A DNA stretch of 64,000 bases from a virus (taxonomy: Duplodnaviria > Caudoviricetes), in IMG/VR virus record IMGVR_UViG_3300029319_000001; one strand, given 5' to 3'. Positions 56,664-64,000 of this stretch are shown here, one piece after another (the stretch's first letter is position 1; every line of letters starts with the position of its first letter). The position numbers and the translations under genes were made by a program. The notes under the pieces were generated by a model that ran no database searches, was not told where the DNA came from, and saw only the letters and a list, made by a program, of their open reading frames with translations.

Positions 56664-57067
56664 ATTCTGCTATACTAGAAAGATTAGAAAAAGTAGTCTC
56701 AACCTTACAGGAAAATTCTGTAAAGATGGGGCAACTTCTTGCTGTACATAATGAGAAACTGGATAAACAAGATAGAATTGATGCTGTTTTATTTGAGAAA
56801 GTGGATAGTGTTCACAGAGAAGTAACTCGAAAAACAGATGAAATCAAAAAAGGATGCGAAAGAGACATCAGAAAAGTCGATGACCGTCTTAGAACGATGG
56901 AAAAGAAAATGTGGACTATCGCTGGTTCTATTGCTGTTATATCTTTCTTGGTTAGTCCAGTCGGACAAAGAATAATTAAGCCAGTCTTGACTAATGGACA
57001 AGAAGTAAGTATAATATCAGAAGAAACTGTACGAATTGATGGATCTGATAGACTCGAAATATATTAG
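56654..57067 (+). CDS. Coiled-coil protein with C-terminal hydrophobic segment
   Basis: LAVHNEKL...MEKKMWTIAGSIAVISFLVSP. Confidence 0.75.
   Translation: MDVNSAILERLEKVVSTLQENSVKMGQLLAVHNEKLDKQDRIDAVLFEKVDSVHREVTRKTDEIKKGCERDIRKVDDRLRTMEKKMWTIAGSIAVISFLVSPVGQRIIKPVLTNGQEVSIISEETVRIDGSDRLEIY
56987..57015 (+). promoter_or_regulatory. Sigma70 promoter for primase
   Basis: TTGACT-N17-TATAAT. Confidence 0.75.
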
Positions 57068-58019
57068 TCTTCTATCAGCTCGTCTTGACAAGTTTAAAAA
57101 AGTAAAGACTGATCTTTACAATTTCCGTTGTCCTATATGTGGAGACTCTCAGAAGCATAAGAATAAAGCAAGAGGATATTTCTATTCAATAAAGAATAAT
57201 ACGAATTACAAGTGCCATAACTGTGGTGCTTCACTTTCTTTTGCTAATTTTCTTAAGCAATTAGATCCAACTCTCTATAAAAAATTTGTTATGGAGAAGT
57301 TTAAAGGTGGGTTTGCAGGTAGAAAAGGTGCCTCTGCTATTGCTGCACCAAAAGAAGTATTAGAATTTGAATCGCCAACATTCAATACACCGATAAATCT
57401 ACCTTTCTGCAAGGACAATGTTCATGGCCGTACATACCTTGAAAGTAGAAAAATTGATTCTAATAAATTCTATTACGCGGATAAATTTTGTGAGTTTACG
57501 AACTCATTGAAACAGACATTTGGATCAAATGTAAGAGAGGAACCTCGTATAGTCATACCACTTTTTTATAAGAAAAAACTGGTAGGATTTCAGGGCAGAA
57601 GTTTAGGTCCTAGTTCTGTAAAATATATTACTATAATGCTATATGATGATGCACCAAAAATTTATGGATTGGATCAAATCAAAGAACAAAACCCAGTCTA
57701 TATTACAGAAGGACCCTTCGATAGTTCATTCGTTACAAATAGCATTGCTATGTGCGGTGCAGACGGTGATGTTAGGAAGTGGGGTGTTAGCGATCCTATT
57801 TGGGTCTATGATAACGAGCCACGCAATCGTGAGATTTGTACAAGAATCGAGGACACCATTGATAGAGGAGAGAAGGTAGTGATATGGCCTTCTAATCTTG
57901 AGGAAAAGGACATAAATGATATGGTTCTTGCTGGACATAATATCATGCCTCTGCTAGAATCAAACACATATCAAAACTTAGAAGCAAAAGTCAAATTTAA
58001 CACTTGGAAAAAGGTATGA
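57039..58019 (+). CDS. gp61: DNA primase gp61
   Basis: CPICGDS...CHNC zinc finger, GFQGR, ITEGPFDS, KDINDM. Confidence 0.96.
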   Translation: MDLIDSKYISLLSARLDKFKKVKTDLYNFRCPICGDSQKHKNKARGYFYSIKNNTNYKCHNCGASLSFANFLKQLDPTLYKKFVMEKFKGGFAGRKGASAIAAPKEVLEFESPTFNTPINLPFCKDNVHGRTYLESRKIDSNKFYYADKFCEFTNSLKQTFGSNVREEPRIVIPLFYKKKLVGFQGRSLGPSSVKYITIMLYDDAPKIYGLDQIKEQNPVYITEGPFDSSFVTNSIAMCGADGDVRKWGVSDPIWVYDNEPRNREICTRIEDTIDRGEKVVIWPSNLEEKDINDMVLAGHNIMPLLESNTYQNLEAKVKFNTWKKV

Positions 58020-60313
58020 GTAACGGAACTAAGGTCAAGAAGAGGTCTGGAAGCATCGAACCTCTTGATCTTAATAAGATGCATGTCATGGTCGAAGAGG
58101 CATGCAAGGATCTTGCAGGTGTCTCTGCTAGTCAAATAGAAATTCAATCAGGATTACAATTTTACGATGGCATCACAACTGCGGAGATACAAGAGATCCT
58201 TATCAAATCTTCTAGTGATCTTATATCTCTTGATCATCCTAACTACCAGTTCGTTGCTGCTAGACTCTTACTCTTTAGTTTAAGAAAAAGTCTTTATGGT
58301 AGGATTAAAGAGCATCCTTCTCTAGGAGATCATATTACTGAATGTATAAAGAAGGGTATCTATGATCCTTGTATCACCACAAACTATAGTGATGATGAGA
58401 TAGACGAACTAGATAAGTGTATAGATCATGACCGTGACTTCCTGTTTACATACGCAGGACTTCGCCAAGTCGTTGATAAGTACTTAGTTCAAGACCGTAG
58501 TACTGGTCAAGTATATGAAACTCCACAGTTCATGTACATGATGATAGCGGCTACCATGTTCTCAAATTATCCAAAAGAAACGAGGCTCGATTATGTCAAA
58601 AGATACTACGAAGCAATCAGTAGACACAGAATCAACATCCCAACACCAGTCATGGGAGGAGTCAGAACACCCATTCGGCAGTATGCGTCTTGTGTTCTGG
58701 TTGATATTGACGACACCTTGGATAGTATTTTTAGTTCTGATATGGCCATTGGTAAGTATGTTGCACAAAGGGCGGGAATCGGCATCAACGCTGGTAGAAT
58801 CCGTGGGATCAACAGTAAAATCAGGGGTGGCGAAGTGCAGCACACAGGTGTTGTACCGTTCCTCAAGAAATTTGAGGCAACTGTCAGATGTTGTACTCAA
58901 AATGGCATTAGAGGGGGATCAGCGACTGTCCACTTTCCAATCTGGCACAAAGAAATAGAAGACATCCTTGTCCTCAAAAATAACAAAGGAACAGAGGACA
59001 ATAGAGTTCGTAAGTTAGACTACTCCATCCAATTAAGTGAATTATTTTACCAAAGGTTTATCGACAATAAGGAAATCACGCTTTTTTCCCCTCATGATTG
59101 TCCTAACTTGTTTGAGAGTTTTGGGACCGATAGGTTTGATGACTTATATCAGCGTTACGAAAATGATCCAACAATCCCCTCAAGAAAAGTTAGAGCACAA
59201 GAATTAATCTTAACTCTTCTTAAGGAGAGAGCAGAGACAGGTCGTATCTATATTATGAATATTGATCATGTCAATACTCATAGTTCATTTAAAGACAAAG
59301 TAGAGATGAGTAACCTCTGTCAGGAGATTACACTACCTACAAAACCGTTACAACACATAGATGATCTTGATGGAGAGATTGCTTTGTGTATATTATCTGC
59401 TATCAATGTAGGAACTCTAAGAAGTCTTGATAGTCTTGAAGAGTTATGTGATCTTGCTGTTCGTGGATTAGATGCTTTGATTGATTTCCAAGGTTATCCT
59501 GTCAAGGCAGCAGCGATTGGTACAAGAGCAAGAAGATCTCTTGGCATAGGTTATATTGGACTCGCACATTACCTTGCTAAGAATAAAGTATCTTATAATG
59601 ATGCAGAAGCACATAACATGGTTCATGACCTAACAGAAGCATTCCAATACTATCTTTTGAAGGCATCAAATCAACTTGCAAAGGAGCAAGGTGCTTGTAA
59701 ATATTTTGATAAGACAAAATATTCTGATGGAATATTGCCTATCGATACATATAAAAAGGATATAGATGAGATTGTACCAAACACATTAAAATATGATTGG
59801 GATTCTCTTAGGAATGACATCAAACAATATGGATTACGGAACTCAACTCTGTCGGCACAGATGCCATCGGAGAGCAGTTCCATTGTGTCTAATGCCACCA
59901 ACGGAATCGAACCACCAAGAGATTATTTGTCCACTAAAAAATCAAAGAAAGGACCTCTTAAGCAGATTGTTCCAGCGTATCAGTCTTTGAAACAACATTA
60001 CACATTGTTATGGGATATGAAGAGTAATGATGGTTATGTTAAAGTTGTTGCTGTTATGCAAAAGTTCTTTGATCAAGCCATTAGTGGTAATTGGTCGTAC
60101 AATCCAGACAACTACCCTGATAATGAAGTGCCTGTTTCAGTCATGGCAAATGACTTGTTAACAACCTATAAGTATGGTTGGAAAACATCTTACTATCAGA
60201 ATACATATGATAATAAGACAGACGAGGTTGAAGTTGAAGAAGTAAAACAGGGTTTAGAATCACTATTAGGTGAGATTGAATCCACATCAGAGTGTGACGC
60301 TTGTGCAATTTAA
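58016..60313 (+). CDS. nrdA: Class Ia ribonucleotide reductase alpha subunit
   Basis: N-terminal ATP cone, PTPVM, SCVL, SNLCQEI, MPSESSS, C-terminal CDAC. Confidence 0.98.
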   Translation: MSNGTKVKKRSGSIEPLDLNKMHVMVEEACKDLAGVSASQIEIQSGLQFYDGITTAEIQEILIKSSSDLISLDHPNYQFVAARLLLFSLRKSLYGRIKEHPSLGDHITECIKKGIYDPCITTNYSDDEIDELDKCIDHDRDFLFTYAGLRQVVDKYLVQDRSTGQVYETPQFMYMMIAATMFSNYPKETRLDYVKRYYEAISRHRINIPTPVMGGVRTPIRQYASCVLVDIDDTLDSIFSSDMAIGKYVAQRAGIGINAGRIRGINSKIRGGEVQHTGVVPFLKKFEATVRCCTQNGIRGGSATVHFPIWHKEIEDILVLKNNKGTEDNRVRKLDYSIQLSELFYQRFIDNKEITLFSPHDCPNLFESFGTDRFDDLYQRYENDPTIPSRKVRAQELILTLLKERAETGRIYIMNIDHVNTHSSFKDKVEMSNLCQEITLPTKPLQHIDDLDGEIALCILSAINVGTLRSLDSLEELCDLAVRGLDALIDFQGYPVKAAAIGTRARRSLGIGYIGLAHYLAKNKVSYNDAEAHNMVHDLTEAFQYYLLKASNQLAKEQGACKYFDKTKYSDGILPIDTYKKDIDEIVPNTLKYDWDSLRNDIKQYGLRNSTLSAQMPSESSSIVSNATNGIEPPRDYLSTKKSKKGPLKQIVPAYQSLKQHYTLLWDMKSNDGYVKVVAVMQKFFDQAISGNWSYNPDNYPDNEVPVSVMANDLLTTYKYGWKTSYYQNTYDNKTDEVEVEEVKQGLESLLGEIESTSECDACAI

Positions 60314-61475
60314 AACTAACAAAGAAATGTCAGAACCTAAAGGTATGACAGTATTCAATACTTCCGCTATTGATACTAAGAAACAACCAATGTTCTTTGG
60401 TGCTCCTTTAGGGGTGCAAAGATATGACTCATATAAGTATCCAGTATTTGATAAACTAACTCAACAACAGTTAGGATATTTCTGGAGACCAGAAGAGGTA
60501 TCTCTTCAGAAAGATCGTGCTGATTATCAAACACTAAGACCAGAACAAAAACATATCTTTACTTCTAACTTGAAGTATCAGGTTATGCTGGATTCTATAC
60601 AAGGTCGTGCACCTGGTATGGCTTTTTCTCCCTACTGTTCTATCCCAGAACTAGAAGCATGCATGAATGTATGGCAACTTATGGAGATGATTCATAGTCG
60701 TTCCTATACATATATTATAAAGAATGTATATAATGATCCAAGTGAAGTTTTTGACACTATAATAGAGGATGAAATGATCCTCAAAAGGGCAGCATCAATC
60801 ACTCATGCATACGATGAATTTATTAACTACGCTCAAGAATGGGGTTCAAGCAATTTCTGGAAAGAAGGTTGGAAAGGATCACCATCATCACAGTGGCAAC
60901 AAAGAGACCTTAAGAGATATCTCTATAGAGCAGTTGCTAATGTCAACATCCTCGAAGGTATACGATTCTATGTCTCGTTCGCTTGCTCGTTTGCGTTTGG
61001 CGAACTCAAGCTTATGGAAGGATCCGCTAAGATTATCTCTCTCATCGCACGAGACGAAAATCAGCATCTTGTCATCACGCAAACCATCCTAAATAATTGG
61101 TTGAAGGGGGATGACCCTGAGATGGTTCAGATTGCCAAGGAAGAAAAGGGATGGCTTGCTAATGCTTTTGAGGCAGCAGTTCTTCAAGAGAAAGAGTGGG
61201 CAGAGTATTTGTTTAAGAATGGCAGTATGATAGGATTGAATGAAAAATTACTATCACAGTATGTTGAGTGGATTGCTAACAAAAGAATGAGAGCAATCGG
61301 ATTAGATCCTATCTATGATATTGCAATGAGAAACAATCCATTACCTTGGACTACTCATTGGATCAGTTCTAAGGGTCTTCAAGTCGCACCACAAGAAACA
61401 GAGGTCGAATCCTATGTCGTTGGAGGAATCAAACAGGATGTTAAAAAAGACACATTCTCAGGTTTTAAATTATAA
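60303..61475 (+). CDS. nrdB: Ribonucleotide reductase beta subunit
   Basis: FWRPEEV, LDSIQG, EMIHSRSY, LEGIRFYVSF, IARDENQH; start GTG 60303 or ATG 60327. Confidence 0.97.
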   Translation: MQFKTNKEMSEPKGMTVFNTSAIDTKKQPMFFGAPLGVQRYDSYKYPVFDKLTQQQLGYFWRPEEVSLQKDRADYQTLRPEQKHIFTSNLKYQVMLDSIQGRAPGMAFSPYCSIPELEACMNVWQLMEMIHSRSYTYIIKNVYNDPSEVFDTIIEDEMILKRAASITHAYDEFINYAQEWGSSNFWKEGWKGSPSSQWQQRDLKRYLYRAVANVNILEGIRFYVSFACSFAFGELKLMEGSAKIISLIARDENQHLVITQTILNNWLKGDDPEMVQIAKEEKGWLANAFEAAVLQEKEWAEYLFKNGSMIGLNEKLLSQYVEWIANKRMRAIGLDPIYDIAMRNNPLPWTTHWISSKGLQVAPQETEVESYVVGGIKQDVKKDTFSGFKL

Positions 61476-61638
61476 TAAAACATATCATGTATATCTACAT
61501 GAGAAATGTTTATTTAAAAATTTAAGTCAAGAAGAGTTTGATGTTATTTGGGGAAGGTTGTATCATTCCTATTGGGATGGTCTTACCTATTCTGAAGTCG
61601 ATATAGATGAATCGACACTCATAGATTCATCTTACTAA
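61438..61638 (+). CDS. Hypothetical protein, start uncertain
   Basis: KTYHVYLHEKCLFKNLSQEEFDVIWGRLY; nearest in-frame ATG lies inside nrdB. Confidence 0.5.
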   Translation: MLKKTHSQVLNYNKTYHVYLHEKCLFKNLSQEEFDVIWGRLYHSYWDGLTYSEVDIDESTLIDSSY

Positions 61639-61639
61639 A

Positions 61640-62050
61640 ATGAAAATAGAATTTGAAAAACAATTCGGTAAAGGTACAGATCCTTGGTATGCAAAGGCAG
61701 AGAGGTGGGTTAAGAAGAAATTTAGAAATCCATATCTACAACACCTTGCATTAGGATTTGTTGCATGGTTGAAAGAAATTTGGATTGAGGGTAAAATTAA
61801 AATGGAAATGTCTAGTGTAGATAAACAAGTTGAAGATCTTCATGAACTCTGGGATGAAGAAGAATCCAACAAGAGAATGGATGTCATAGGACAAAATGGC
61901 AATCTAGGAATACATTATTCAAAATCAGAAGTAGATGGTTTAAATGACATGAGTATAGGAAGAGTTGGAGAATTGCAATGGGACATTGAAGAAATGAAAA
62001 AAGCAATAGTAGATGCTGCTGACGACTATGATAAGTATGTCGGTGGATAA
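61640..62050 (+). CDS. Hypothetical protein
   Basis: MKIEFEKQFGKGTDPWYAKAERW. Confidence 0.7.
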   Translation: MKIEFEKQFGKGTDPWYAKAERWVKKKFRNPYLQHLALGFVAWLKEIWIEGKIKMEMSSVDKQVEDLHELWDEEESNKRMDVIGQNGNLGIHYSKSEVDGLNDMSIGRVGELQWDIEEMKKAIVDAADDYDKYVGG

Positions 62051-62077
62051 ATACCAATTAGGAAACTGTCACAAGGT

Positions 62078-62557
62078 ATGAAGACATTTGCAGAATTTAT
62101 GCTAGAATGTTCTCTAGTTAAGGAGAGTAGTCTAAGCCGAATAAAAAGTAAATCTGATAAGGGAGGCATGGCTGTCCTCTCAGCGACTCGTACTGGTAAA
62201 TCTTCCAAGGAAAATAGAGCAAGAAATAAACAATTAGATAAAGATATTCGTGGTCGTGGTCTTCCTGGTCCTACGAAAACGAAAGGTAAATGGGAAGGAG
62301 GAAGTGAACGCAGTCATGTTGTTTCTTCTGGGAAGAAAGGTAAGAGAAAGTTTAAGAAAGAAATTAAAAAGTTAGGTAAAAAGTATAATCAGGATGCAGT
62401 TATTGTTCAGACTAAAAAGAATGCTACACTAAGTGCAACCAGAAAGGGTGGATTGGGTAATAAGAAGAGAGTAGGTATAGGCAAATTTAAACCCCAAGGT
62501 AAATCACCAGAGGGTGTAACACAAATCAAAGGAAAAACATTTACTTATGAAAAATAA
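62078..62557 (+). CDS. Basic protein with capsid-targeting-like N-terminus
   Basis: MKTFAEFMLECSLVKE; ATAAATA at 62047-62053. Confidence 0.75.
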   Translation: MKTFAEFMLECSLVKESSLSRIKSKSDKGGMAVLSATRTGKSSKENRARNKQLDKDIRGRGLPGPTKTKGKWEGGSERSHVVSSGKKGKRKFKKEIKKLGKKYNQDAVIVQTKKNATLSATRKGGLGNKKRVGIGKFKPQGKSPEGVTQIKGKTFTYEK

Positions 62558-62783
62558 ATCTTACGACGACTCTAATTGGAGAGAGGAGTACAAAAGTTAC
62601 ACAACCAATAAGAGATACCTAGAACTACTAGAGAATGGTCCTAAACAACTATCTCAGGCATGGGTATTGCAAGCATTACATAACGAGTGGAAGAAGATTA
62701 AGGGTTATTCAGACGATTATTCGGATGAAAATACAGGGCAACTTCAATCGTCATTTAAAGATTGGAATGCTAGAGTCGAATAA
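62547..62783 (+). CDS. Hypothetical protein
   Basis: YDDSNWREEY...LLENGPKQLSQAW. Confidence 0.7.
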   Translation: MKNKSYDDSNWREEYKSYTTNKRYLELLENGPKQLSQAWVLQALHNEWKKIKGYSDDYSDENTGQLQSSFKDWNARVE

Positions 62784-62811
62784 ATATCCTTATAAGGATT
62801 AAAATTGTGTT

Positions 62812-64000
62812 ATGTCTTCAGTAAAACAGATAACAGAGGAATCATTCTACAGAAAAAGATTGGCTGCTGTTGATCCAATATGGGAAGAGTATTATCTTGG
62901 TGTCGCTAAAAAATTAATGAAGGAAGGATATGAGAGTCCTCGTTTGTTAGATAATATTATAGAAGCATTACCTCGTGAGTTAGATCCTGAGTTTTACTCT
63001 GTAATGTGTATGGTTAATCCTCGTTTACATGAGAATTCAGATCTTGCTGAGAAGAAATCTGCAAAAGCAATAGTTAGAAGTCTTGCTGCTACTGGTTTTT
63101 TTGAAGGAGCAAAGTATGGTTTATATAAAGGATCAGGAAAACCAGGTGGTGCGATGAAAAAATATCTAGATAATGCAAAGAAAAAGCAAGAGGCAGATAA
63201 GAAAAAGAAAAAGACAGGCAACCCTGCATTTGATGACCCATCACATCATTCTAATAGAAAAACTAGAACTGAGGCAGTCAAAGTAAAGAGATGGTGGGAT
63301 GATGATGGAGATGGAAAAGGATATGAGAAGGGTGAGGTAGATGGATCATTTAAAAAAGGTAAGAAGAAAATAAAAGAAGCAAATTTAGGAGCAATTGCAA
63401 CTGATATGGTTGCTAATGATTCTGAAGTTAAAAAGCAAGTTGGAGGAATTGCAGCTGATGCGGTCAAGGATAAAAGAAATCTCTTAAGAAAGTTGCGTAG
63501 GGAAAAACCAGTTCCAGACACAGTTACTGCAGGTTTTAAACCAGAAGGTAATCAGATAGAAGAGAAGAAAGCAGCAAAGGATTATGATGGAGACGGTAAA
63601 GTAGAATCAGGTAAGGCAGAATACTTTGGTTCTAGAGACAAGGCAATCAAAAAGGCAATGGGTAAGAAGGTCAAGCATGATTGCTCATCTAAAGTAAAAC
63701 ATGAAGAGTATGGTATAGGTGATTGCATCAAGGAAATGCATACACTTGATGAGGATGGTAACATCACACATTATGATGTGCTGTTTACTAACAAAGTTGT
63801 TAAGAATGTTCCTGTTGAAAACTTAGAAGTTCTTGTCAGTGAAATGCATGAGCATTATATTAATGATGAAAAGAATAAAGAAGTAGTAGAAGGTAGCATG
63901 AAGCAAGCAAGAAAGAATGTTGGTGCATCTACTTGTTGGGACGGTTACAAAGCAAAAGGAACTAAGAAAAAAGGTGGTAAGGTAGTTCCTAACTGTGTAA
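62812..64000 (+). CDS. Modular lysine-rich putative internal head protein, 3'-truncated (not in ORF track)
   Basis: Manual translation open for 396 codons to window end: MSSVKQITEESF...WWDDDGDGKG...KDYDGDGKVES...CWDGYKAKGTKKKGGKVVPNCV; ATAAATA at 62780-62786. Confidence 0.8.
   Translation, partial: MSSVKQITEESFYRKRLAAVDPIWEEYYLGVAKKLMKEGYESPRLLDNIIEALPRELDPEFYSVMCMVNPRLHENSDLAEKKSAKAIVRSLAATGFFEGAKYGLYKGSGKPGGAMKKYLDNAKKKQEADKKKKKTGNPAFDDPSHHSNRKTRTEAVKVKRWWDDDGDGKGYEKGEVDGSFKKGKKKIKEANLGAIATDMVANDSEVKKQVGGIAADAVKDKRNLLRKLRREKPVPDTVTAGFKPEGNQIEEKKAAKDYDGDGKVESGKAEYFGSRDKAIKKAMGKKVKHDCSSKVKHEEYGIGDCIKEMHTLDEDGNITHYDVLFTNKVVKNVPVENLEVLVSEMHEHYINDEKNKEVVEGSMKQARKNVGASTCWDGYKAKGTKKKGGKVVPNCV

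Noticed and set aside
58593-58958. 121-aa alternative-frame ORF inside nrdA, and similar plus-strand ORFs inside gp23, nrdB and gp47
   Set aside because: No RBS or motif support; consistent with chance open frames in conserved genes.
8698-61475. Inteins or group I introns in gp17, gp43, gp41, nrdA, nrdB
   Set aside because: All are contiguous and of normal length, with no splice motifs or embedded endonuclease ORFs seen.
1-64000. CRISPR array, tRNA or rRNA genes
   Set aside because: No regularly spaced repeat-spacer series or cloverleaf/T-loop signature seen by eye; intergenic gaps are mostly too short. tRNAscan-SE would be decisive.
1-64000. Stop-codon reassignment
   Set aside because: Core genes translate full length with code 11, and TAA, TGA and TAG all end genes.

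Overview
The window is a 64-kb piece of a T4-like cyanomyovirus (Kyanoviridae-type, AT-rich) core genome, with essentially every gene on the + strand. It runs from a 5'-truncated LamG-domain tail-fibre-like gene through neck, packaging, tail and head genes (gp13-gp23, gp3), recombination (UvsY, UvsW, gp47, gp46), late sigma factor gp55, a vWA/MoxR pair, replication genes (gp45, gp44, gp62, RegA, gp43, UvsX, gp41, gp61), MazG, NrdAB and lysine-rich putative internal-head proteins. Accessory genes are wedged between core genes: five 2OG-Fe(II) oxygenases plus a DUF6445-like gene, two DNA methyltransferases, two PD-(D/E)XK-like nucleases, a carbamoyltransferase, a UPF0489/arginase-fold protein, a HAD phosphomannomutase, Hsp20 and two nucleotidyltransferases. 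The strongest leads are (1) a nuclease-MTase-carbamoyltransferase-arginase-fold island splitting the clamp-loader genes, (2) a set of late proteins with T4-like capsid-targeting N-termini and gp21-type cleavage sites, including a HIGH-family nucleotidyltransferase, (3) an A12 tract whose one-base slip fuses two ORFs, (4) a duplicated consensus promoter bracketing an oxygenase gene, and (5) a near-consensus antisense promoter next to gp55. I found no tRNA, CRISPR array, intein or intron. All family assignments come from motif recognition, not database searches.
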